From the NCBI GenBank assembly GCA_964619725.1, contig CAZUFC010000010.1, forward strand, positions 38,277 through 102,276: 64,000 nucleotides of DNA, given 5' to 3'. Shown piece by piece: positions 55,101 through 64,000 of the stretch. Under the pieces are notes generated by a model. The model did no database searches. It was given only the letters and a program-made list of their open reading frames with translations, and had not been told where the DNA came from. Numbering within the stretch: position 1 is the first letter of the stretch; each line of letters opens with the position of its first letter. Made by a program: the position numbers and the translations under genes. This DNA is from an uncultured bacterium (GTDB lineage: Bacteria > CSSED10-310 > CAZUFC01).

Positions 55101-58100
55101 CGCAGACGACAACCATCAGGTTATTGTCCGCAGTATAGGTGAATGGAACGGCCATATTGAAGTCGATGTATTTCCATCCGATGGAATCGTCGATTTCAAA
55201 TACGCCGTCATCAACAACCTGCGTGAATCCTGCGGCCGTAAGGTCGCCCGGTTCCGTCGTGCAGAAATCAGGACATTCGTCCATAGTTTCCTTGACGTAA
55301 ACGTCGACAGGCGCTCTGGTAATGGCCCCAGGACTGGAACAGACATACCATCCGATGCTTTCGATATCGAAATCCACCGGCATCATGTCTTCAGCAGCTA
55401 TGCAGTATACGGACCTGGTGTGTTCGTAATAGGTGTAGATCGGCACATGATTGTTGGTTACCGTGCATGACGTATCGCCGGCGGTCCAGTGCTGCGTCGG
55501 CTCTACCGTAGGAGCCGCAGTCGGTATTTCCGTCGGTCCTTCCGTAGGTATTTCCGTGGGAATTACAGTCGGGACCTCAGTAGGCGTTCCGGTCACACAG
55601 ACGACTTCAAGCGCGTAGTTGCCGTAGGAGTAGGAGTAATAGCCGTCGACCCAGATGTAGTAGGTTCCTGCTGTGAGCATTCCTTCATAGTTCATGTAAC
55701 CATAAGTGTTGTGCGTGATGTCGCCGCAACTCGGATCGACATGATCGCCGTAATCATCGGCGCAAACGATTTCGCCTGCCGTGTCGCTGCAGGTCTCGGC
55801 AAGCGTCCAGTCAGCGTCGTAATCGGCCTCGCCTATGATCTGCACGAAAGTATCTTCGAGCAAGGTCAGTTCATAAACCAGGTCGGGTCCGCCATGTCCC
55901 GTACCGCAATCGTGGAAGTTCGTGGCGCCGTCCGTCGTACCTACAACGCATTCGTTGCAGGCAATAATAATCGGATCGTCGCACGTGTCTCCTGGAACAG
56001 GCGTCGCTGTGAATGTCGCCGTCGGCAACGGCGTAGGCGTATAGAGGCAATCGTTGGCGGTTCCCGAACTCGGAGCGCTTTCGCAGAAGTCGGTCAGGTT
56101 GTCGTCCGTATCGTCGCCGTCAGGATATCTGGATAAAGAAATATCCGCCGATACATCAGGAGCAGGATCGCCTTCGCCGGCGAAACATTCGTCAACATCG
56201 AAAAATCCGTAACCGACGGCATCCAGCTCGATCGTTCCAATGCCGGTATAACGCAACACTATATTGTCGGGTCCGTTTTGCCATCCATACTGCGGTAATG
56301 TACCGTCAATCATGTCGTAGTTCGCAACGGAATCATCCTGGGCGATTACGAAGAAACCGTCCGCTGGAATGGTCATACCCGTTAAATCCGTCGTATGATA
56401 TTCGTCGCAATCCAGGTTCGATCCGTTTATGCCTACCAATGAGAATCCGTCGAGACTGAGGTTCGGCGGTCCGTACAATTCTACGAAACTGCCGGCATCA
56501 TTCGTTCCGGAGGTGTCGTAAAGAACTTCATTGATCTTCACTTCATTGTAGCAGCATACTGAAACGACGTAGGGCCCTGTAGATGTTGAAAACGGCCATA
56601 CGTGAATGTAGAACGGTCCTTCTGCGGGATCAAGATAAACCGGATCGGTCATAGAGTCATACTGTTCCGGATCGTTGCACCATCCGTCGCAATCTCCGTA
56701 ATTGTCTCCGTTGTATGCCAACTGCTCGGTGCAGTCAGGCGCCAGTATTTCGACATAAGGATCAAGCCCCTGTCCGTAAGGCCATTCGCATGTAGAATCA
56801 TCGGCGAAAACGCTTACTGTGACCCAGGTGGGAGCATCCAGCATCAGCATGTAATAATCATCATCGTCCGCAGTTATAACGCCGCACCGCGACTCTTCGC
56901 ATGCGATCATGTTCATTGCTGCATCTGCGCAATCATTATTCGGTTCGATTTCAGGATCGTAAGGACATTCGCCGGTCGGCGTCGACGTCGGTTCAGGCGT
57001 CGCTGTAGGAACTTCTGTCGGTTCAATATATTCGACTATGCAGATATCGTCGATGTACCAGCCGTAATCGGATGTGGAAATGTCGGTCGCATGATTGAAA
57101 GTGATAGTTATGATTTGTCCCGTGTAAGCACTCAGATCGAACAAAGCTGTTTCCCAATCGGGATCGGCATTGTGAGCGCCCGAATAGCCGCCGTCAGGTT
57201 CGTGGGTGGAGTGAGCGTTGCTGCTGTAGGCCGTTCCGCCCGCCGGCAGTATAGGCGTACCGTCGACCCTGACCTGTCCGCTGTCGTAATTGGCTTCATA
57301 ATTGAACCAGTTGGAGAAGGCCAATCCCCAGCTTCCGGTACCCGGCATCTGGACTACTACCGTCAGATCGTCCGTCACATTATTGGTGTAATCGCCGTCC
57401 AAAACGGTTCCCCAGCAATTGGGGCTGGTGGCGGCTGCCGAGGGTCCGGCAGTGGGAGCGCCCAGTTCCCAGTCGCCTGCGCTTATGAAAGGTCCGGGCA
57501 ATCCGTCATCGAAATCCAGGCAGGGAATTTCCACAGGATTCCAGAAAGGAGTTTCCGTCGGAGACGGCGTCGCTGTGGGAACTTCCGTCGGCGTATAAAC
57601 CGGCGTGGGTTCTAACCACATGCCTGAAAAATTGGTCGCCGGCCAGAAATCCGCGCAAGCAGCGCCGAATGAACTCCATAAGCTTCCGAAATTAAGACAT
57701 TCGGAAGAAGGCATACTGCTGGAATGATCATAGAAAGAAGCTCCGACACGATTCGTTCCCGACCATTGGACAGTATCCGGCCAGTCGCCGGTAAAGTCGC
57801 AAACGACAACCCACAGGTTGGCTCCAGGCAGATAAGGGAAATTCGTCACATTAAAATCTACGCACTTCCAGCCCGGCGTGCCGTCCAGCATAAGAATTCC
57901 GTCGTCGATGACCTGCGTCAATCCCAATCCCCTCAAGTCGCCGGGCGCCACATCGCAGAAGTCGGGACAGGGGTCAAGGCTCATGAAAAGATAGACGTCT
58001 ATGATTCGATCCATGGGGAGTGTTTCATTGCACTGATACCAGCAAATGTCCGAAATCTCATAAGCTACCGGCATCAGCTCTTCCGCAGGTATGCAATAAA

Positions 58101-59622
58101 TCGAACGGTTGTATTCCCAGTAAGTATCCACGGGAACGTTATCGGAAGTAACGGTACAAGACCAGTCGCCCGCTATAAAATTGGCCGAAGGTCCTTCTGT
58201 AGGAGTCGCTTCCGGTGTGGGGACATCAGTCGGTTCCTGTGTCGGTTCTTCCGTAGGAACTTGCGTCGGAACGTCCGTCGGCACAGGCGTCGCCATGCCG
58301 CAGGGGTCCGGTGAGGCGTTGTCAATGAAATCTGCGCTGCAGTCGTTGGTATCCATCGACAGAGGATCGCGCATTATCGTATGATCTATCGATACGCCGG
58401 GATGCGGATTTACTCCGGGATATACGTTCCCTTCATACGTTGCCGCATCTAAAACCGTATAATGCGGATCAAGCAACAGAACCTCATCGCCGCTGTTGCC
58501 TAGAGCAATTGAACCGCTCGACCAATTCGTATCCTTCACCATATCGTCTACTGTTCCGTCAGTATCTTCCATCTCCGCATCAGGATTGCAGCCGTATAGC
58601 GCAAAAAATCCGGTCGCTTTTTGAGCGGCATACAGAACTTCGCCGGGAGGTAATGCCGGCGGATCGTAAAATGAATACGTTCCCTCGGTTCCTGTCACAG
58701 CTTCTTCGTCGCTCAACTTGAAATTGTTTACTGCCAGGGTAACGCTCGTATTGTTGTAGACTCCTATCCATTCTTCGTCAGCATCCGTTCCAATCGTATC
58801 GTAATACACTTCCGATATCAGCAGAGGCGCTTTCACGTCGCCAACGCCCTTCTTCGCCATTTCATACCAGGCTGCATGACGATAATTGATCACCCCGTCG
58901 CTTACTTCGACCCAGGTGTTCATACCCGCAACTCCGGGCATCGTCGTATAATTCGTCACCGCATCCAGACAATCCGATACGCCGGAAATGTCTTTCGTTT
59001 CATCGCTGGTTTGACTGCGGAATATCCCGACGGTAAAAATCAATCTTTCATTTGGGCCGCCGATCGCCGCCCAGGGAATGCTGATCTCAATCACGTCGTT
59101 GGCCGCACTTATAATGCTCGTTCCGGTATATACGGGATTGAAAGAAACATCGAACACCACCGGTATCAGATTTGTTGAACCGAATCGCGTCGACACCAGA
59201 TATTCCCAGTATGCCCAGTCGTCGACTTCAGTGTCGCAAAAATGAGCCATATACTGCTGACCGTTCTGGTATTCTCCTTGCCGGTCTATCGCTATCTGAA
59301 CCTGTACCGCATTATCGCCGGACTCAATCGTCAAATCTGAAAATCTGACCAGAAAATAAATGTTATCAGCGTCCGCCGTCATCCGATACTCCGTCATTTC
59401 AGCGGGGGGACTGATATCCGTTCGCGCATCTGCGGGATCATCCGTCCAGATATACGATCCGTTCATTGATGCGTTACGAGCCACGTGACCCGTATTGACG
59501 GCCGTCGGAGGAGTCATCAGCCAGTCGGACGGATCGCCGTCCACCGTTATGGTGTAACACCAACCCGTCGCCGTCATTAAAACTCCCATTAAACAAATAA
59601 ATAACCACTTCTTCTGATTCAT
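52117..59622 (-). CDS. 2501-aa Cys/Asp-rich modular surface protein with lamin-tail-like and PPC-like domains and an IPTL-CTERM-like anchor
   Basis: Signal peptide; ITVDGDPSDW N-terminal domain; ISEVYYD/INEVLYD/INEIYYD lamin-tail motifs; G.Y...VDG PPC-like modules; PTEVPT linkers; C-terminus IPAFSGAG-TM-KARKRG. Confidence 0.85.
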   Translation of the reverse strand: MNQKKWLFICLMGVLMTATGWCYTITVDGDPSDWLMTPPTAVNTGHVARNASMNGSYIWTDDPADARTDISPPAEMTEYRMTADADNIYFLVRFSDLTIESGDNAVQVQIAIDRQGEYQNGQQYMAHFCDTEVDDWAYWEYLVSTRFGSTNLIPVVFDVSFNPVYTGTSIISAANDVIEISIPWAAIGGPNERLIFTVGIFRSQTSDETKDISGVSDCLDAVTNYTTMPGVAGMNTWVEVSDGVINYRHAAWYEMAKKGVGDVKAPLLISEVYYDTIGTDADEEWIGVYNNTSVTLAVNNFKLSDEEAVTGTEGTYSFYDPPALPPGEVLYAAQKATGFFALYGCNPDAEMEDTDGTVDDMVKDTNWSSGSIALGNSGDEVLLLDPHYTVLDAATYEGNVYPGVNPHPGVSIDHTIMRDPLSMDTNDCSADFIDNASPDPCGMATPVPTDVPTQVPTEEPTQEPTDVPTPEATPTEGPSANFIAGDWSCTVTSDNVPVDTYWEYNRSIYCIPAEELMPVAYEISDICWYQCNETLPMDRIIDVYLFMSLDPCPDFCDVAPGDLRGLGLTQVIDDGILMLDGTPGWKCVDFNVTNFPYLPGANLWVVVCDFTGDWPDTVQWSGTNRVGASFYDHSSSMPSSECLNFGSLWSSFGAACADFWPATNFSGMWLEPTPVYTPTEVPTATPSPTETPFWNPVEIPCLDFDDGLPGPFISAGDWELGAPTAGPSAAATSPNCWGTVLDGDYTNNVTDDLTVVVQMPGTGSWGLAFSNWFNYEANYDSGQVRVDGTPILPAGGTAYSSNAHSTHEPDGGYSGAHNADPDWETALFDLSAYTGQIITITFNHATDISTSDYGWYIDDICIVEYIEPTEVPTATPEPTSTPTGECPYDPEIEPNNDCADAAMNMIACEESRCGVITADDDDYYMLMLDAPTWVTVSVFADDSTCEWPYGQGLDPYVEILAPDCTEQLAYNGDNYGDCDGWCNDPEQYDSMTDPVYLDPAEGPFYIHVWPFSTSTGPYVVSVCCYNEVKINEVLYDTSGTNDAGSFVELYGPPNLSLDGFSLVGINGSNLDCDEYHTTDLTGMTIPADGFFVIAQDDSVANYDMIDGTLPQYGWQNGPDNIVLRYTGIGTIELDAVGYGFFDVDECFAGEGDPAPDVSADISLSRYPDGDDTDDNLTDFCESAPSSGTANDCLYTPTPLPTATFTATPVPGDTCDDPIIIACNECVVGTTDGATNFHDCGTGHGGPDLVYELTLLEDTFVQIIGEADYDADWTLAETCSDTAGEIVCADDYGDHVDPSCGDITHNTYGYMNYEGMLTAGTYYIWVDGYYSYSYGNYALEVVCVTGTPTEVPTVIPTEIPTEGPTEIPTAAPTVEPTQHWTAGDTSCTVTNNHVPIYTYYEHTRSVYCIAAEDMMPVDFDIESIGWYVCSSPGAITRAPVDVYVKETMDECPDFCTTEPGDLTAAGFTQVVDDGVFEIDDSIGWKYIDFNMAVPFTYTADNNLMVVVCDLTNDYISGGHYWSGTERPGASYSEYSFSAPPSDCLDFSSHWANYQCEDFWPATDFVGTWLEPTPVYTPTEIPTETPVPTPTPYWDPLETACWNFDDGDPGPFQFEGDWALGAPTAGPAAAASSPNCWGTVLDGNYSLSADDDLTVVILVPATGTYALTFSNWFDYESGWDSGQVQINGTAVEPLEGTAYNPNGHYSHEPPGGYSGTHDAAPDWETALFSLSAYAGQAITVTFNHRTDSSNADHGWFIDDICVEEFVEPTATPVPTHVPGDTCDNPLMISCDECVTGTTEGATNFHDCGTGHAGPDVVYELLLTEETFVAFIGEADYDADWTIATSCSETLGDILCVDTEGDHLDPSCGDIVHNSYGYMNYTDTLAAGSYYIWIDSYSLSSLGGNYALEVLCPEGTPTPLPSPTPTGTCPYPFELEPNDDCPEEENTIACGDSMCGEIDGLLDVDYYKLVIDEPMEVTVSVFADYSECEWPYGTGLDSYVSVYDAECALIDYNDDNYGDCEGWCGDPEYWDSMLTLTLDPEDGPFYIAVEAGPWASEGGPYVVRVCCHPGVYINEIYYDADGTDIHTYTELIGPPGASLDGLSLIGLNGSVDCDIYDTIALDGNVIPADGLFVVAQDDGVPNYDMIDTAVNWQNGPDSVQLVMGESVLDAVGYGDFTDLCFAGEGDPVPEPADDVNSLSRYPDGDDTDDNLTDFCESMQTPGESNMCIGTLDCTDAVIAYCGVQIDGDTTGGTSTADQYGCGSGWAETGPEDVYVINLDGTESLLYADLSNMTENLDVFILGSCNNYDCLSGGDRFAYIEEPEAGAYYVVVDGRNASEGAYTLRILCQPALDCSEAVMLTCGSDYSGDTTTADNDVNWYPDCTLFTESGPEVVHTLVTTEALSELAFEMTPETGVDLDMFLLDGCSEFSCVDYSASVGSESIVIEHAPAGAYFIVVDGYDGDAGTYDLTVTCTGYQIPAFSGAGITLLVLLFGGLIGFKARKRG

Positions 59623-60065
59623 CCATACCTCCTTATATTATTATGAATCAAGTGTTGCCTTATCCTCTTCCATTTGCCTGTATCCGAGCTTCTCTGACCA
59701 TTGCACAGCGCTTGATTGAATCACAATCCCCTGTGGGGTTACGCGAAGGACAGAAATACGAATACAATGAATTCTATCACCTCCCCCTCTCCAGACAAAA
59801 ATCCGAAAATTGTCTTCTTTTTCTCCGCCTGGTTTTTCCTGAAGTCATGTTATTAAAATTTCCGGGAATGTCAAGCTCAATAATTTTCACTGATCTCCTG
59901 ATCCCGGAATCTATGAAATTCTGAATCCATTTTTTCCTGAGGATAAAGCCTTGTATCTCTTTCTGTTTTTAAGTTCAACTTTTAAAAGTTAAGTTTTTGC
60001 TGATTTGGAAATCACTTCAAGCCGCCGTTTCAAGCCTTGAGAATGCACTTGCGAAATTTCAATTT

Positions 60066-63000
60066 CTATGGAGGACCGTACCCGAAAACAGCGGTACCGA
60101 ATTCTCCCAAAATCTCCGCCATGGATTCATTCAGCAAAGCGCCATAGAAAACCAGTCCGTTCATTTGATCGTTTCCCGTATCCGGCCATATGAAATTCAG
60201 GATATTTTTTCGAATGGCCTCGACTTCGATGTCGATCGATTCACAGTCGAATTCCGGGGTCCAGGAAGGGTGCCAGAAATACAGGTCGTAAACGTCGAGC
60301 ACGACGGCAAGCCTGATATTCTGATAAGTCGCCGGGCCCGGATTCGTCAGATAGGCATCAAGATTAAAGGTTAATCCCGGATGAAACATTTCATAACTAA
60401 GATCAAGCCGCACGCCCAGAGCATCGATTGGCGTGCAGGTTGGAGCGACAGTGGGAATGTGAGTAGGCGTAAAAAAGACCGTGGGAGTATCGGTAGGGAT
60501 TTGAGTAGGGGTCAGGGTAGGCGAAGGAGAAGGCGAGGGGGTGGATGTGGGCGAACAGGTGGGCGAAGCTGAAGGCGTATTTGTAGGAGAACAGGTGGGC
60601 GTAGGCGTCAGGGAGGCAATTTCAGTGGGAATAACGGACGGCGTGGGCGTGGTGCAGGGAACGGTAATGCTGATCATGATGTCGTCGACGTACCATCCGG
60701 CATAATCATTGTAGTAATCGTCCTGCGTATCGAAACAGAACCGGAGGATCACATCGTTGCCGGCATATTCGGAAATATCGAATTCAAGCTGACTCCAGGA
60801 ACCCCCGGTGGACCTGTATGAGCCCAGTTCCGTAAACAGCGGCTGCCCGTTCGCTTTTATTTCAATGGTCCCTGTGTCGTAAGAAGAAACGTTTTCGGTT
60901 TCCAGCCAGTGCCACAGAGTGAGCTGAGCGACGTATGTCCCGGTTAGATCAATGAGTCCTGAAGTAAGGCAGCCGAAGTTATGGGTTCCCGTATCATAGT
61001 CGCATGTCGATTCCTGACCGTAATACCAGCTTCTCGATCCGGAGTGGTATTTGGAGCAGGGACTCGCTGGTTCGACAATGTGCCATAACCCCTCGACGGT
61101 CCATTCGCCCTGCCCCTGTTCGGCTCCTTCCGTAAAAAAAGTTACGAGTTGAAGCGTGGTGAACCGGTAGTATTCGCCGCTGTTATCGTCAACAGCGGTA
61201 TTGCCCGCTTCATCAGTCGATTCGATTTGGACGCTGTAACAGGCGCAATCCTCAAGATTCTCCAGGATAATTTCATGTGAAACCTCCAAACCTGAAGATT
61301 GAGCAGTTTCAGCGGGCGTTCCGATACCGTATTTTACGACGGAATCAGCAGGTTCGTCCGTTGTCCAGGAAACCAGAGCGGATTCTGCCGTTACATCCGA
61401 TATCAGAACATCAGATATCGCCGGCGCCAGGCAATCCGTCACAGCGCTTGCCTGTGATGCGAGAGGAAGATAATATGCGGTTACAGTATCCATATCAACG
61501 ACCGACAACACTCCGTCTCCGGTCACAGGAGGAATGTCCTGTATGGGGAAAGAACCTTCATATTTGCCGGGTTCGTTTTCATACATCACGACCGTTTCGC
61601 CGTCCGGTTCGGTCAGGCTTTCCACCATTACATCCACCGAAGGTCCCGCTTCCTCATCCATCACGCTTATTTCCAGAACGTCGTCGCAATTGTAAATATC
61701 ATCGTCCAGGTGCACTCCTTCAACATCGAATATTTCATGCTCCATTACGGCAGCCAGGTTCGGACGCGGACCGATGTATTGATCGGGATCGGGCGGTTCT
61801 ACACCCGTTTCCTTAATGACCTCCCTGATCTGCAGAGGCGTCAGGACCTCCCCGTTCGTCAGCGCCTTGTATCGCGATTGAATGGCGACGCATACTCCTA
61901 CCACCATCGGTGAAGCCCCGGAAGTTCCCCCGAAATCCGCTGTATAATAATTGTTTATATTATCGCCGTACAAATCTCCGTATCCAGTCGTCACGATCTC
62001 AGACCCCCAACCGTTCGCATCCATACGGCTTCCGTAATTGGTGAACCACTCCGGCTGCATCTCATAAGGCGTTCCCGCTCCCACTATAATCGCCAGGGAA
62101 TCGCGGACGTCACGGTCGAATTTACCCTCGTACACCGGATCATCAAAATCCGTGCTGCCGTTGCCGCCTGCTTCCACGCATATGCGTCCGTTAGCCGTCG
62201 ATGCGGCAATGGCATCATAATTAGCCTGCCACCATTCCATGCATACATAATCTCCGATAGGCCCCGGACCGTGAAGCTCTATCAGCCATACATCCCCCTC
62301 ATCCAGATTCGCCGATGCCATGTTGAACCATGCTGCCACATTATCCGGCCAATCGTCAATATCTATCGCAACTCCTCCTACTTCCGCCAGCGGCGTTATA
62401 CCCGTTATACCGTAACCGTTCTCCGATCCCCGTATCTCGCCCATAACAGCCGTTCCATGCGGCTCAGAACCCATCGACGGCGTCCCGCCCGTGAAAAACG
62501 GCTCCGTTAAATCCTCATGGTCCCAGTTCCACGCCAACTCCACATCGATCATCTTTACGTTCTCGCCCTTCGAACCCTCATCCGCATATTCCCATGATGC
62601 ATAAGCATCTACTCCTGTCGGCGATGCCTCCAGGTAATCCTGCTGCGGTACGAAATCCGGCGTCAGAATATCCTTACCCCATATCCCGGCAAGCTCTACA
62701 TAAGGTTCCGGATACACTAATTCGATTATCGGCAGCCTGTTTAACCTGTTCGCAAGCTCTTCAGCCTCCTCTCGCGAACCGGCCCCGAATGCATAATATA
62801 AATTTAAATCCGCCAGCTCTCGGCCCGTCCGTAACTCTCCCCTTATCTTTTCATTCCATAATTCCGATTCAGGCCTCGAAAATAATCTCGCTGTCCTCAC
62901 GTCACCATAATCCCGCATTACCCCACTGAATCCCCTCAGATCTATGCCGTTCGGCGCCGTGAAGCCCGATTCGCCCAACCGCACTCCCGTTCCCTCACGA

Positions 63001-63161
63001 AACTTCACCACCAGCAAATCCCAACGGTCGCAATCACGTATCACGATCCTTTCCGGCTTCTCGAATACCGTTCGCGGAATTAGTTCTCCCGCTTCCGCCG
63101 CTCCGTAAAATAAAATGATAAACAACAGCGATACGCCCATCAATAAAATTCTTTTTTCCAT
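60066..63161 (-). CDS. Secreted subtilisin-like (S8) serine protease with FN3-like and beta-sandwich domains, Pro/Thr linker and shared C-terminal domain
   Basis: Signal peptide and prodomain; IDVE, HGTAV.G, AGGNG, FGGTSGASP; WTTDEPADS.V.YG; PT linker. Confidence 0.92.
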   Translation of the reverse strand: MEKRILLMGVSLLFIILFYGAAEAGELIPRTVFEKPERIVIRDCDRWDLLVVKFREGTGVRLGESGFTAPNGIDLRGFSGVMRDYGDVRTARLFSRPESELWNEKIRGELRTGRELADLNLYYAFGAGSREEAEELANRLNRLPIIELVYPEPYVELAGIWGKDILTPDFVPQQDYLEASPTGVDAYASWEYADEGSKGENVKMIDVELAWNWDHEDLTEPFFTGGTPSMGSEPHGTAVMGEIRGSENGYGITGITPLAEVGGVAIDIDDWPDNVAAWFNMASANLDEGDVWLIELHGPGPIGDYVCMEWWQANYDAIAASTANGRICVEAGGNGSTDFDDPVYEGKFDRDVRDSLAIIVGAGTPYEMQPEWFTNYGSRMDANGWGSEIVTTGYGDLYGDNINNYYTADFGGTSGASPMVVGVCVAIQSRYKALTNGEVLTPLQIREVIKETGVEPPDPDQYIGPRPNLAAVMEHEIFDVEGVHLDDDIYNCDDVLEISVMDEEAGPSVDVMVESLTEPDGETVVMYENEPGKYEGSFPIQDIPPVTGDGVLSVVDMDTVTAYYLPLASQASAVTDCLAPAISDVLISDVTAESALVSWTTDEPADSVVKYGIGTPAETAQSSGLEVSHEIILENLEDCACYSVQIESTDEAGNTAVDDNSGEYYRFTTLQLVTFFTEGAEQGQGEWTVEGLWHIVEPASPCSKYHSGSRSWYYGQESTCDYDTGTHNFGCLTSGLIDLTGTYVAQLTLWHWLETENVSSYDTGTIEIKANGQPLFTELGSYRSTGGSWSQLEFDISEYAGNDVILRFCFDTQDDYYNDYAGWYVDDIMISITVPCTTPTPSVIPTEIASLTPTPTCSPTNTPSASPTCSPTSTPSPSPSPTLTPTQIPTDTPTVFFTPTHIPTVAPTCTPIDALGVRLDLSYEMFHPGLTFNLDAYLTNPGPATYQNIRLAVVLDVYDLYFWHPSWTPEFDCESIDIEVEAIRKNILNFIWPDTGNDQMNGLVFYGALLNESMAEILGEFGTAVFGYGPP

Positions 63162-63376
63162 TTTTTTAACCCTTTTTTGAAAGTCTTCGACTATTGATCG
63201 ATTTTACCCTTTATTTTTATATTATAATCTAAACGTCAGGTCAAATTCGTCAAAAAAGCGGTGAATATATTTTTTTGTAAAAAAAGTCAATATTATTTGA
63301 CATGAGTGTTTCTTTGCTAATATAAAATGATTGGGTAGAGGGTTTTTTTCGCTCTGAAGAGGAGTTCTTTTCTGTA

Positions 63377-64000
63377 ATGAATTTACGAAAATGTTTATGG
63401 TCATGTTTTTGTTTCTTGATTTTTTCTTTGTTTTCGTCTGCAGCCTGGGAGCCGGAGGTTTCGGCCATGCAGATCACCCGATTGACGGAAAACGATTATG
63501 AGGACACGCTTCCTGAAATCCATCAGAACGGAATAGTATGGCAGGCCTGTCCTGATAATGATTGCACTCCGTTCGGCGGAAATTATGAAGTGTATTACTG
63601 GAACGGTTCGATGACGCAGAAGTTATCGGATAATTCAAATATGGACCGTTATCCCCGGATATACGGGAACCGGGTGGTCTGGCAGTCGAAACTGGACGGC
63701 ACGTTAAAGATTGTATTCTGGCAAGGCGATGAGAAGAAGGAAATCAGCGGCGATTCACTGGGAAATCAGTTGCCGAAGGTCAATGATGACTGGGTGGTAT
63801 GGGCCGGATTGGATTCGAATGATTTTGAGATTTATGCGTGGGACGGTCAAGGAATAATCGAAATCACTGATAATGAAGTAGCGGATGTTCAGCCGGAGGT
63901 TTGCGGGGATCGAATCGTCTGGATCAGCGATCGGGGATTCGGGGCGGAGGAGGAAACTCAGGAGATATGTTTGTGGGAAGCGGGGGAAACCTTGCAGTTG
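63377..64000 (+). CDS. Secreted beta-propeller repeat protein, truncated by the window end and absent from the ORF track
   Basis: Open frame MNLRKCLWSCFCFLIFSLFSSAAW... after GAGGAG; ~38-aa repeats (I/L)(T/S)DN...D..P.(I/V)....(I/V)VW......EIY.W.G; no stop before 64000. Confidence 0.85.
   Translation, partial: MNLRKCLWSCFCFLIFSLFSSAAWEPEVSAMQITRLTENDYEDTLPEIHQNGIVWQACPDNDCTPFGGNYEVYYWNGSMTQKLSDNSNMDRYPRIYGNRVVWQSKLDGTLKIVFWQGDEKKEISGDSLGNQLPKVNDDWVVWAGLDSNDFEIYAWDGQGIIEITDNEVADVQPEVCGDRIVWISDRGFGAEEETQEICLWEAGETLQL

Noticed and set aside
52755-59178. Many 60-340 aa alternative-frame and antisense ORFs inside the giant gene (e.g. 56602..57615, 55489..56136)
   Set aside because: Shadows of a biased, repetitive coding strand, with no recognisable motifs.
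52117-59622. Diversity-generating retroelement or phase-variable cassette behind the internal repeats
   Set aside because: No reverse transcriptase or recombinase nearby; repeats are in-frame domains with mostly synonymous, not adenine-specific, differences.
59623-60065. Riboswitch in the long leader of the giant protein
   Set aside because: I could not match c-di-GMP, cobalamin, SAM or TPP consensus elements by eye; an Rfam search is needed.
60066-60423. Shared CTD as a T9SS (Por) C-terminal signal
   Set aside because: Longer than a T9SS CTD and lacks the YPNP and G.Y...K motifs.

Overview
Chromosomal window from an unidentified bacterium of moderate GC content. I found no CRISPR array, prophage, integrase or transposase. 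Housekeeping content: tRNA-Leu(GAG), comEA-comEC, a DUF512/uracil-DNA glycosylase/priA operon, carD, htpX, galE, dacB and a small ribosomal protein THX gene that the ORF track starts in the wrong place. Type IV pilus and c-di-GMP content: a HEAT-repeat-PilT fusion paired with a second PilT, PilB with repeated MshEN-like modules, PilC and two HD-GYP proteins. Sensory content: a FIST/GAF-kinase module and a PAS kinase. There are also several large secreted proteins. The best candidate for an undescribed system is three unrelated secreted proteins (Kelch propeller, C1A protease, S8 protease) that all end in a Pro/Thr linker plus the same ~115-125 aa C-terminal domain, which looks like a sorting or anchoring tag. 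A 2501-aa mosaic protein uses an IPTL-CTERM-like anchor instead. Other signals: a family of dispersed palindromic/MITE-like repeats that supply stop codons and one protein C-terminus, three sigma-54-type promoters (comEA, carD, C1A protease), and a kilobase-scale G/C sawtooth that reaches synonymous codon positions. All calls come from reading motifs by eye; no database search was run.
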